Positions 10,431 through 22,280 of a stretch of DNA of 64,000 bases are shown here, piece after piece. The stretch covers positions 12,896,001 through 12,960,000 of the forward strand of contig NC_082712.1 in assembly GCF_030144855.1 (NCBI RefSeq). Reading direction: 5' to 3'. A program made the position numbers and the translations under genes. This DNA is from Hypanus sabinus. Taxonomy: Eukaryota. Each line of letters starts with the position of its first letter. Position 1 is the stretch's first letter. The notes below the pieces were generated by a model. The model made no database searches, was not told where the DNA came from, and saw nothing but the letters and a program-made list of their open reading frames with translations.

Positions 10431-12719
10431 GTACATTCCTCTCAGTAGTTGATGCCTGATCTGCTGAATTCCTCCAGCATTTCCTGTGTGTTACTCCACA
10501 GGGCACAGCTTCAGCTTAGAGGGACGTACCTTTAGAATGGAGATGAGGAGGGATGTCTTTAGCCAGAAGGCATTGAATCTGTGGAATTTATTGCCACAGA
10601 AGTTTGTGGAGGCTGTCATTGGGTGTACTTAATGCAGAGGTTGATAGGTTTTTGACTTCTAAAGGCATCAAAGGTTATATGGAGAAGGCAGGAAAATGGG
10701 GTGAAGAAGGATAATAAATCCTAAAATTGCGAGTTGCTACAGTGGTTACAGTGTACAGTGGTTACAGTTATGCTGTTACAGAACCAGCAACCTGGGTTCA
10801 ATTCCCACAGTTGCCTGTATGGAATTTGATGAAAGGTCTTGTCTCAAAACCTCAACAGTTTATTCCCCTCCATAGATTCTGCCTGACCTGCTGTTTCTCC
10901 AGCATTTTATGTGGCTCTGAATTTCCAGCATCTGCCAAATCTTTTCTGTTTGTGCTTTTGCATGGAGCCAGCCTGAGGTCAATGGGCAGAATGGCCTTTT
11001 AAAAGGGCTACAACCAGTGCTCAATGCCATCAAGCAGTAAAACCTCTTGCTTCAATGCACTTCAGTGGAACCTGTGACAGTTTTGCAAACAGCAATCCAA
11101 TAGAGCACTCAATCAAAATGTCCATTATTGTCAGGTAGATTATTGAACTTGTAAAGCTTCTGGCAAGCAATAAACAAAAGCTGGAAATCTCGAGCAACAA
11201 ACACAAAATTCTGGAGGAACTCGGCAAATCAGGCAGCACCTATGGAGAGGAATAAACTGTCAACATTTCAAGCTGAGATCCTAATGCAGTTCTTGCATCC
11301 TTTACGGATAGGGTAAATGCAAGCAGACTTTTTCCACTGAGGATGGGTGGGACTACAAACAGAGGTCACGGGTAGAGGGTGTAAGGTGAAAATTTTAAGA
11401 GGAACTCAGAAGGTGGTGAGACTGGAATGACTCTATCAACAACACGGCTTCATTGGGAGGTTGAGATGGGGGTCAAACTATGACCATGTCCAACAAGACA
11501 GAGTTACTTACATACCCAGAGCAGAACTGGCTAATATGAGAGGGTCTAATTTTAAGGTGACTGGTGAAAGTATAATGAGTAAGTTTTCGACAGAGAGTGG
11601 TGGGTGTGTGGAACATCCTGGTGGTCATAGAGGCTGAGACATTAGGGACACTTAGATAGACACACTGATGGAAGAGAAATGAAGGGTTATGTGGGAGGGA
11701 AGGGTTAGATTGATCTTGGGGCAGGGTAAAAGATTGGAGCAACATTGAGAGCTGAAGGGACTGTACTGTGCTGGACCGTCCAGTGTTCTCTGCGTCCTTT
11801 TGGTATTCAATAGATGGCCACAAGTGTGAAGCAGAAAAAAACCATTGTTACTCTGGATCCAATGAGGCACAAAAATACAATAAAATAAAGAGCCAATAAT
11901 AATAACACAATAAATATAAATACTGTACATATGATAGTTTCTATACATAGATTGATATATAGATTGACAGATAGACTTTATGTCCATAAAGTGACTCCAG
12001 GCTCAGGAGTGTCTGTACTTCAGGTGACTGACAGGAAATGATAAAGTTGTTGTTCATATGGAACTTTATGTATATACAATCAATCCACATAAATAAGCTG
12101 TCTAATGTACTAATACTTATTGTGTTCTTTAGTATTATAAATTATTATGTTATTCTTATTCAACTTCAATATAATATCCCAACTCTGTACTCAATATGTC
12201 TTCACCAACATCTTGTACAACTACAACATCACACAACCCAGGACAACAGTGACCACTTGAGCACCCAGTCAGTACTCCCTCCTTCCACCGCCAGCGCACA
12301 GTGGCCGCGGTGTGCGCCGTCTACAACACGCAACACAGTTACTCGCCCTGCTATTCCAGCAGCCACCACCTCTCCACATCAGGGTATCGGGTGGATGTGA
12401 ACACCACCACCCGCAGGCTCCCCTCCCAAGTATATTCATTTACTGAGACACAATACAGAATAGGCCCCCTCCGGCCTTTTGAGCCGTGATGCCCAACAAC
12501 CCGAGCCTAATCACGGGACAATTCACAATGATCAGTTAACCCACCAACCAGTAGATTGTGGGAGAAAACCAGAGCACCCGGAGGAAACCCATGAGGTCAC
12601 AGTGAGTTCAGAGTTCAGAGTTCAATGTATATATAGATTATACAACCTTGTGATTTCTCTCCTTACAGGCAGCCACAGAACAAAGAAACCCAAAAGAACC
12701 CATCATTACTACAGTCCTG

Positions 12720-13816
12720 ATTGATTAGTTACCGAACCTGGGCCTCAGTACTTCCCTCTTCAACTGGATCCTCGAATTCCTAACCGGAATGTCACAATCT
12801 GTGCAGATTGCTAATAACATCTCCATCTCACTGACAATCAACACTGGTGCACCTCAAGGATGTGTTTTTAGCCACTGTTCTAGTCTCTCTACACCCATGA
12901 CTGTATGTCTAGGCATAGCTCAAACACCATCTATAAATTTGCCGACAATACAATCATTGTTGGTAGAATCTCGGGTAGTGATGAGAGGGCGTACAGGAGT
13001 GAGATATGCCGATTAGTGGAGTGGTGTCGCAGTAACAACCTTGCACTCACCGTCAGTAAGACCAAAGAGCTGACCGTGGACTTCAGAAGGGTAAGACGAG
13101 GGAACACAAACCAATCCTCATCAAGGGATCAGAAGTGGAGAGAGTGAGCAGCTTCAAATTCCAGGGTGTTTCAAAACATCGGAGGACTGAACCTGGTCCC
13201 AACATGTCGATGTGATTACAAAGAAGGTACAACAACGGTTATATTTCACCAGGAGTTTGAGGAGATTTGGTATGTCACGTAAAAGACTCGCCAATCTCTA
13301 CAGACGTACGGTGGGGAGCACTCTGACTGGCTGCATCACCGCCTGGAATGGGGGGGTGGGGGGCTACAGCATAAGATGGAAGGAATCTGCAGAGAGTTGT
13401 AAAAGTAACTGGGCGCCATCATGGGCTCCAGCCTCCATAGTTTCCAACACATCTTCGAGGAGTGGTGCCTCAGAAAGGCAGCATCCATCATTAAGGACCC
13501 CCATCACCCAGGACATGCCCTGTTCTCGTTGCTACCACCAGGCAGAAGGTACAGGAGCCTGAAGACACACACTCAGCGATTCAGGAACAGCTTCTTCCCT
13601 CTGCCATCCGATTTCTGAATGAACAATGAACCCTGAAAACTACCTCATTACTTCTTTATTTCTGTTTTGGTGCTATTATTTAACTACTTCATACACATAT
13701 ATACACTTACTGTGATTCAGTTTTTCTCTGTTATTAGGTATTGCATCGTACTGCCGCAACAAAGTCAACAAGTTTCTCAACATATGTCGGTGATATTAAG
13801 CTTGATTCTGATTCTG
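12720..13816 (+). mobile_element. Rex1/Babar-type LINE 3' portion
   Basis: [26 protein letters not shown] and HPGHALFSLLPPGRRYRSL motifs; (gattct)n tail. Confidence 0.8.
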
Positions 13817-13894
13817 AAGGCCGTCGAATAGCCAATGTGCAAAGGGGAAAGATCGTGAAAACAATAAAAATAAGCAAATAGCATTGAGAACTGA

Positions 13895-13970
13895 AGAACG
13901 TACAGAGAGCGGCGAGAATTGAACCTGGGTCACAGGGAATGTAAAGCATCACGCTAACCACCACACTACA
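13895..13970 (-). mobile_element. tRNA-derived SINE head
   Basis: Minus strand gtagtgtggtggttagc (A-box-like) ... ggttcaattc (B-box-like). Confidence 0.55.
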
Positions 13971-14235
13971 GCTTCGCTCCAAATTCATCACCACCCAGGC
14001 TTGGAATTGTGCCCGGCCTTTAACTGGAATCAAACTTGGACGTCTCTTCCCAATAGTACTGGGGTTCATCGTCACCAGAAGGCAGTCCAGCCCAGCACTC
14101 AGGGAAGGACAGGATCCCAACGCCAACCCTCCACTGGCAGAACCAACGTCCAAATAGATCGCGCTGCGCCACAAAGTAAAACGAGCCTTTAGGAGAGAGA
14201 CAACGGGGAGACAGGGGACAATGGAAAACACCTAC

Positions 14236-14296
14236 TGTATCCCCGGACTGAGACGGACAACAGGACGGTGCAGAGACAAACCCGGAGAGAGAGCAT
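14236..14296 (-). CDS. SIGLEC15: Probable signal-peptide exon of the SIGLEC15-like gene
   Basis: ATG at 14296 gives MLSLRVCLCTVLLSVSVRGY, then A|GTAGGT, a phase-1 donor at 14235 compatible with the V exon. Hydrophobic core and V-R-G cleavage-type motif. The link across the roughly 12.1-kb intron is inferred. Confidence 0.62.
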
Positions 14297-14306
14297 TTCC
14301 AGCGCT

Positions 14307-14345
14307 TCAGTGTGGAGTCCTCTCACACTTCAGTTCTTTCTTCAT
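14307..14345 (-). other. 12-codon upstream ORF (MKKELKCERTPH*) ending 10 nt before the main ATG
   Basis: ATG 14345-14343, TGA 14309-14307. Functional only if the TSS lies upstream of it. Confidence 0.4.
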
Positions 14346-14383
14346 TCTCTCGCTGAAATACAGAAGCTGCTCGATTTGCTGCT

Positions 14384-14440
14384 TCACTTCCTCAAAAAAA
14401 CATTCTCAGCCACTGTCGAAGTTAGTAGCTGGCAGGAAGT
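14384..14440. promoter_or_regulatory. ETS/PU.1-type motifs in a putative TATA-less promoter
   Basis: GAGGAAGTGA on the minus strand (14393-14384) and CAGGAAGT on the plus strand (14433-14440), 90-140 bp upstream of the leader ATG. Confidence 0.5.
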
Positions 14441-14624
14441 CATTTCAAACACAGTGCACTTTCTCATGACGGCAGTTACAAACTCTTCGCGTTTACTGGA
14501 AGCAAATTTTATGCAAGTACGATGCTGTGGAAAGGTCTTAGGCACTTACATATATATAGCTTGGTGCCAAAGACTTTTGCACAGTCCTGCAGTAATTTGC
14601 AAATACCAGATTCTGCAAGTCCAG

Positions 14625-14790
14625 AGCAACACACACAAAATGCTGGAGGCACTCAGCAGGTAGGGCAGGAGGAGAGTGAACAGTCGATGTTTCAAGCTGA
14701 GTCCCTTTCGTTGCCATCCTGAAGAAGGGTCTCGGCTCGAAACGTTGACTCTGGGCTCTTTTCACGAGATCCTGCTTGATCTGCCGACAT
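14625..14790. mobile_element. Inverted pair of Penelope tail fragments including a hammerhead-like core
   Basis: Plus strand CTGAAGA-AGGGTCTCGGCTC-GAAA-CGTT-GAC at 14719-14749, facing an inverted degenerate copy at about 14680-14710. Confidence 0.6.
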
Positions 14791-16984
14791 TAGGGTTAAG
14801 GTGAGGGTTGAAGTGTCTAATAACAGAGGGCATTGAAGGTGAAAGGGGGGTAGGGTCAAGGGGACCATGGGGGGTAAGTTTTTTTACTCAGAGGGTGATG
14901 GGTGCCTGGAATGCCCTCCCTGGTAGGATGGTGGAGGCAAATACATTGGAGGCTTTTAAGAGACGTTTGGATAGGTGCATGGGTGTGAGGAAGTTGGAGA
15001 GAACCAACTAAACCAACTAACTGTTTCTGCTACACCAAGTCTATATCCCAAACCACAATTCATGCATCAGTCCAAGAGTCTCTTAAACGCCTCTACGGAA
15101 TCTGTCTCCCCCGCCCCCCCCCCCCCAACCCCGGCAGTGCGTTCTGCACACCCACCACTCTCTCTGTAAAGATAAATTTGTCCCCACACCCCCTTTGAAA
15201 TTACCCCCTCCCAGCTGAATCACACACCCTCTGGTATCAGACATTCTTCAGCCAGACAGTCGTGATTCTGTGAAATTCATCGCCACAGACGACTGTGGGA
15301 AGCCAAGTCACTGCGTATATTTGAAACGGAGTCTGATAGTTTCTTCATTAGGAAGTGTATCAAAGGTTATGGAGAGAGGACAGGAAAATGGGGTTGAGGG
15401 GGAAACTAAATCAGCCATAATGGAATGGTGGAACAGACTCGATGGACCGAATGGCCTAATTCTGCTCCTATATCTTGTGACCTTACGGTCCAATTCCTAG
15501 AGTGAACAGGGATAAGATACATGGATCTGGCAATTGCAATTAGTGGGTGAGGTCAAAGGGAAAGAGACCATAAAGTACTGGACTGGAGGGGGAGAGAACT
15601 GACCAGGAGGAAGAGGTCCTGCAGGTAACTGGACACAGGAAGAGTTAGTGCCCAGGGTTTCACCAAAGGCAGTGTGACCATCATCACGGGGGCACAGAGA
15701 CTGCAGATGCTGGAAACAAAACACACTGCAGGAACCCCAGATTCAACATTCAACATTCAAATTGTTTCATATCATTTCCAGTAGACAAGTGTAAAGGAGA
15801 ATGAAATAGTTGTTACTCGGGGTTCGAAGCAACTCGAAAAAACGCTGAGATAAAGAACACAATAATACAAAAAATACACAAGATAAGTATAAACACATAA
15901 GATAGTTTCTATACACAGATCAATTGTGTGTCCATAAAGTGACATGAGGCACAGGAGAGTGTGTACATAAGGTGACTGTCAGGAAATGATGAAGAGGTGG
16001 TGGTGGGGGTGTGGAGAGGGGAGGGGTTGATCAGACTTGCTGCTTGGGCAAAGTAACTGTTTTTGAGTCTGGTGGTCCTGGTGTGGTGCTGATGGGAGTG
16101 GGACAAACAGTCCATGAGCGAGAGGGGGGTGGGAGTGAGATCATTCATGATGTTACCTGGCCTTTATTGGCACCTTTCTGTGTATATATGAACACTGATC
16201 GACGGAGGCCTCTCTCATCACTCCCACTGTAAAGTATTCCCGGAGTGGTTCTGTCTGTAATCGTGTTGGTGGGTGTCCAATGTGGCAGGAATTGAATTTT
16301 TGATACGTGCCATATCAAAACAGGTCAGACAGCATCTGTGGAGACAGGTGGAAAGGTGAGGTTTGGAAGGAGATGGAGAGTTGAGACCCTTCCTGTGAAC
16401 CGCTCTATCTGTCACATTGTTTCTCGTCCTGCCTGCGGCAATAATCAGTCCGCTATGCACAGGGAAAGTTTGAATGCTTGAGGACATTCTCCCTGGAGTG
16501 TAGGAGAATGGCAGGAGGTTTGATTGATGTATACAACATTATATGGACAGTTTAATTATATTATATTATATGGACTGACTTTTTCCACTGAGGTCGGGCT
16601 GAGACTGGAGACTGGAGGCCTGGGGTTGGATGACTGTCCATGTGTGTGGGTGGGTGGGTGTAAGGGAGGAATGGGGCTTGTTTCACTATTGACATTTGGT
16701 TGCTGTTGTGTTCAGTGTTGTTATGGTGGGCATGGTGGTCTTGCTATGTGGTAACACTTGTGGTAACACTTGCAGGCTGCCCGCAGCTCATCTGCAACAC
16801 AAATGCTGCATTGGACTGTACATTTCAATGTACATGGGGCAAATAAAGCTCATCTTATGTGTAGTTTTTCATAAGTTCTCTGGTATTTCTTTTTGCCTCT
16901 ACAAACAATGAATCTGAAGGTATAAATGCATACTTTCATAATCAATTTACGTTAGGACTTTGCCCCTGGTGACTTTTCCCAATT

Positions 16985-18005
16985 TAAGTTCAATAATTTT
17001 TTCAAAAATTCTCATGCAATTTTTAATCTACATAGAATCCAAACCATTTTTTTGTTCCCTCTTACTCTGACATGACTCTCTCTCTATCTCTATACAGCCA
17101 GGTGTATCAGATAAAATTAAGAATGAATGGGAAAAAGAACTTCAACTTTCCTTACCTGCAGAGCAATGGGAGAAAATTTTACATTTAGTTAACTCCTCCT
17201 CTAAATGTGCCAAACACGCATTGATACAATTTAAGGTGGTGCATAGGGCTCACATGTCTAAGGACAAACTTGCTCGTTTTCACTCCCACATTAATCCGAT
17301 CTGTGATAGATGCCATTCCAAAGTAGACTCTTTGACTCACATGTTTTGGTCTTGCCCTTTTTTGGAGAAACACTGGAAAGATAGTTTTGGTATTATTTCA
17401 ACAGTTTTGAGTATTAAATTTTTAGCTTACCAATGATGGATAACAATTATTTATTCCCTTCAGCTCGTTGGATGATTGCATTTGTTACATTAATGGCTAG
17501 AAGATCCATTCTATTGAACTAGAAAGAGATTAATCCTCCAACTACATTCCAATGGTTTTTCCAAACTATATCTTGTTTAAATTTAGAAAAAAATCAGAAG
17601 TGTTATTTTTGACCCTTCAGTTAAATTTGAAGAAACCTGGAGACTATTTATTTAACATTTTCAAATGAGCTAAATTGACCCTTCCCGAACCTTTTTTATT
17701 ACCCTTAAGTATTTGGATAGAGGAGTGGAGTTATTGACACTACTGTTTATACCTGTTATAATATAATAGCCCAGCTTTGGTTAGTTCAGTTTGAAGTTAG
17801 TTAGTTTTTTTTTACTTTTTTGTTGGGTTTTTTTTTCTTTTACTATGCAAATACAGTATGAGTTTGGGAGGCTTAATATATTTGTGTTATCAATAGTTTA
17901 TAGTTATATATACTGCCTGATTAACTGTGTATTCTCAAGCTCTCTGCATTTCTATTGCTACTGTGCTTTGTTTGAAAATCATTAAAAAGATTTAAAAAGA
18001 AAGAA
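16985..18005 (+). mobile_element. L1/Tx1-like LINE 3' end, second copy
   Basis: IQFKVVHRAHMSKDKLARFHSHINPICDRCHSKVDSLTHMFWSCP, homologous to 36-548; A-rich tail. Confidence 0.85.
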
Positions 18006-18869
18006 AGACTCTCTCTATCTCAATGGTGAGAGAGGGTCTGCTGACTCTCGAGTTGGGGAACTCGAAATAAGCGACACTGCAGACAGTAACATCGAAACAA
18101 TGAGCTGTTGACCTCACCTCTTCCTGTGGCAGGAGTGGTATCTCCCTGTCATTAGTGAGAAAAAGGGCCAGTTGAAATGGAGTGGCACATAGTGCAGTGA
18201 AGAGCACAACTCTTTACAGGACAAACAACCAGGTTCAATTACCATCACCGTCTCTAAGGAGTTTGTACATTCTCTCTGTCAGCATAAAATTGTAAGATAT
18301 AGGAACAGAATTTGGCCTGGATGGTTTGGAGTTCGTAAAATGTGTGCAGGATAGTTTTTTAAATTTTTTTTTATTAGTTTTTCAAAACATTTTACAAATT
18401 AAAAACCCCAAATCCCAATGAGGGACATTAAAACAGCGCAAAATTAAGCATACAATAACAATATGCTATAAAGGAAGAGAATTTAGCAAAAAAAAGTACC
18501 TGAATTAAAGACAAGTAAGCTTAGTGATTATGCAGAAGCTACGGAGCATTTTGGACAATCCGTCTCACCCCTCCATGACACACTGGACAAAGAGAGGAGC
18601 ACCTTTAGTAACAGACTAATTCCACCGAGGTGCACCACTAAATGCCACAGGAGATCCTTTCTCTCTCTGGCTCGAAGTCTCTATAACTCCAGCTCCTTAA
18701 CTATATTAGTATATGGTTTCATTGTTCATCTGTATTTTCCACTGTTAATTTTTAATGCACATTTTGTATTTTTTAATATCCCAATGCTTACATTTTGTAT
18801 GTTAAAGTTTATATTTCTGACTGAGCAACCTTGCAACAATAATTTCCTTTGGGATAAATTAAGTGTTAT

Positions 18870-20915
18870 CTTATACAAGAAAGCAAAAATGAGCAGGAAG
18901 ATAGAGGATTGGGAAGCTTTTAAATACCTAAAAAAAGTCATCAGGGGTTAAAGATGAAATATAAAGCAAGATGGTAAACAGTATCAAAGTGGATAGAAAA
19001 AGCTGTTTTCAAGTACACAAAACATAAAAGAGAGATGAGAGTAGATACAGGACCACTAGAAAATGAGGCCTGAGAGATAATAAGGAGATGGCAGGTGAAC
19101 TAATTGAGTATTTTGGAAGGCACTAGCAGTGAGCCAGGTGTTGGACAGTCTGAGGGAAGAGAAGCGAGTGCAATTACTATGACAAGGGAGAAGATGCTCA
19201 AAAAGCTGAGAGACCTAAAGATACATAAGTCACGTGGACCAGATGAACTGCACTCAAGGGTTCTGAAAGGTAATGGTAAAGATTGCAGAGGCATTTGTAA
19301 TGATATTTCTGGCATGGTTCCAGAAGACTGTAAAATTGCAAATGTCACTCCACTCTTTAAGAAAGGAGGGAGTCAGCAGAAAGGAAACAATAGACAATTT
19401 ATTGTCAGCTCAGTGGTTGGGAAGATTTTGGAGTCAATTGTTAAGGATGAGTTTATGGAGTACTTGGTGACACGGGACAAGTTAGGACAAAGTCAGCATG
19501 GTTTCCTTAAGGGAAAATCTTGCCTGACAAACCTGTTGGAACTCTTTGAGGAGATTAGATGTAGGATGGATAAAGGGGATGCAGTAGATGTTGTATATTT
19601 AGATTTTCAGAAGGCCTTTGACAAGGTGTCACTCATGAGGCTGCTTACCAAGTTAAGAGCCATGGTATTACAGAAAAGTTACTGGCATGGTTAAAACATT
19701 GGCTGATTGGTAAGAGGCAGTGAGTGGAAATAGAAGTGTTTTTATTGTTTGGCTGCCAATGACTAGTGGTGTTCTGAAGGTGTCGGTTTTTATGCTGTAT
19801 ATAACCATATAACAATTACAGCATGGAAACAGGCCACCTTGGCCTTCCAGTCTGTACTGAACGCTTACTCTCACTTAGTCGCACTGACCCTCACTCAGCC
19901 CATACCCCTCTATTCCTTTCCTGTCCATATACCTATCAAATTTTACCTATTCCTATCCAAAATAAATGATTTAGATGATGGAATTGTTGGTGTGTTGCCA
20001 AATTTGCAGATGATACAAAGATTGGTGGAGGGGCAGGTAGTGTTGAGAAAGCAGGTAGGCTGCAGAAGGACTTAGACAGATTAGGAGAATTGGCAAGAAA
20101 GTGGCAAATGAAATACAATGGTGGAAAATGCATGGTCATGGTAGAAGAAACAAATGTGTGGTCTATTTTCTAAACAGGGAGAAAATTCAAAACTCTGAGA
20201 TGCAAAGGGACTTGGAAGTTGTTGTGCAGAACATCCTAAAGATTAACTTGCAGGTAGAGTCGGTGGTGAGGAAGGAAAATACAATGTTAGGATTTATTTC
20301 AAGAGGTCTAAAATACAAGAGCAAGGATGTGATGCTGAGGCTTTATAAGGCACTGGTGAGGCTTCGTCTTGAGTATTGTGAATAGTTCTGGGCTCCCTAT
20401 CTAAGAAAAGATGTGCAAGCGTTGGAGAGGGTCCAGAGGCAGTTCACAGGGATGATTCTGGGAATTAAAGGGTTATCATATGAGGAACATTTGATGACTC
20501 TGGGCCTGTACCCACTGGAATTTAGAAGAATGAAGGGGATCTTACTGAAACCTTTCGAATGTTGAAAGGCCTATACAGAGCAGATGTGGAAAGGCTGTTT
20601 CCCTTGGTGGAGGAGTCTAGGACAAGAGGACACAGCCTCAGGATAGACGAGTGTCCATCCAAAAAAAAGAGTCGCGGAGAAATTTCTTCAGTCAGAGGTA
20701 TTGAATTTGTGGAATTTATTACCACAGGCAGCTGTAGTGACCAGGTTGTTGGATGTATTTGATATGTTCTTGATTATCCCCGACATCAAAGATTACCTGG
20801 AGAAGGATGGGTAGTGGTGCTGAGGAGGGGAAAAAAATCAACCATGATTGAATGATGGAGCAGACTTGATGGGCAGAATGGCCTAATTCTGTTCCTATGT
20901 CTTATGGTCTTATTT
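18870..20915 (+). mobile_element. Degraded CR1 LINE ORF2 within U1, with a small younger CR1 3' fragment inserted at about 19800-19960
   Basis: QHGFLKGKSCLTN, VYLDFQKAFDKV and RLEYC motifs. The insertion is absent from the 60.3-kb paralog. Confidence 0.8.
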
Positions 20916-20999
20916 TCTAGTTTTTGCTCTATTATATGCCCTCGACACACAAACAGATATACAACCAATATGCAAAAGAAGACAAACTGGGCAACAAAA

Positions 21000-21420
21000 T
21001 GAGATAAGTAATACTGAGAACATGAGTTACAGAATCCTTGAAAGTGAGTCCGTAGGTTGTCGAATCAGTTCAGTGTTGTGGTGAGTGAAGCATTCCACTC
21101 TGGTTCAGGAGCCTGATGGTTGAGGGGAATAACTGTCCCTGAACCTGGTGGTGTGGGTCCTGAGGCTCCTGTACCTCTTGCCTGATGGCAGCAGTGAGAG
21201 GTGAGCATGGCCTGGATGATGGGGGTCCTTGAAGATGGAAGCTGCTTTTTTGTGGCAGCACTCCTTGTAGATGTGTTCAATGGTGAGAGGGTGCATCTCC
21301 TGCGATAGACAGGGCTGTACCCACCTCATTTTGTAGGATTTTTTGCTCTTGGGCATTAGGGCTTCCATGCCAAGTCATGATGCGACCAGTCCACATACTC
21401 TCCCTGTGAATTACAGAAGT
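21000..21420 (-). mobile_element. Rex1/Babar-type LINE 3' fragment
   Basis: HPGHAHLSLLPSGKRYRSLRTHTTRFRDS; paralog at about 56200-56600. Confidence 0.75.
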
Positions 21421-21443
21421 TAGTCACACCAGAGATCATAGGT

Positions 21444-21525
21444 TCACATTACAATATTGGTTGCAATAATGACAACTAGAAAAAGGAACTTAAATGATGC
21501 CAGACAGTGACTTCTACAAGCTTGT
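21444..21525 (-). pseudogene. Candidate terminal hydrophobic (TM- or GPI-signal-like) pseudo-exon Z
   Basis: Acceptor tctttttcatAG is conserved as ctcttttgcAG in U4 (56094-56175). Both copies are 82 nt to the same TGA: QACRSHCLASFKFLFLVVIIATNIVM* and QVQRSHSLAPSKFLFLVVTIVTNIVT*. Confidence 0.3.
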
Positions 21526-22280
21526 CTATGAAAAAGATCAAATTCCTCTCTTTAATGTCTCCTTTTTCCCTTTTCAATGGTGCAGGGGTCATGTCGGAGT
21601 CCGATTTACAAATGCACTCAAACTGCAGTTCTTCATAGCAGTGGGTTCCAGCTCCCAGAGCTTGCTGACTGCCCATTTTGGATATCTCCAGGAGTGGCCT
21701 GGACGACGTGTATCTTTGGGGTGCGGCCTTGTGCAGCCCCTGTGGACTGGGTTCCTTGGCAGTGTCACCAACTGAAGCATTGCAAAAGATTGAAACATTG
21801 AGACAGGAGGTGCGGCTGGCGAAGGCCTCTGCACTGGGACGATGTTCTCTCTCTCCTCCCTCTCCCTCCCTGCTGCCAGAGGATGGTACTGGAGTCTTGG
21901 GTGTTTGAGCTTTTTCTTTGAATGGGTTCCACGGTGTTTCATTGTTTCGTGGCTGTCTGTGGGAAGACAGATCTCAGGGTTAACTACTGCACATGAACTT
22001 TGATAATAAATGTACTTTGAACTTTAAATAAAATAAATAAATCTTGCAAGTTTTCAACACTTTTTTATATTTCAAAAATAACCCTCGTACATATTAAAAA
22101 TATATACAAACAAGGAAACTACAAAATCTTCATATTCAGGTCATTAACTGGTTATACCACCACTGGCATTTAAGTGACCTCTAGGCTATTCAAGGGGCTT
22201 CGCACCAGACTCAGTCCTTCAATAAAGGTACTGGACATCTCGCTGCCCTGGGTGACCAACAAGTTTTGGCCAGATCGAAG

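Noticed and set aside
14187-14235. Strong-looking acceptor 49 nt after the leader donor
   Set aside because: Intron too short for normal vertebrate splicing; the spliced frame ends in a stop with no recognisable domain.
14450-14486. CACAGTG heptamer with weak nonamer
   Set aside because: 21-nt spacer and poor nonamer. Other CACAGTG sites (about 12598 and 34878) also lack nonamers.
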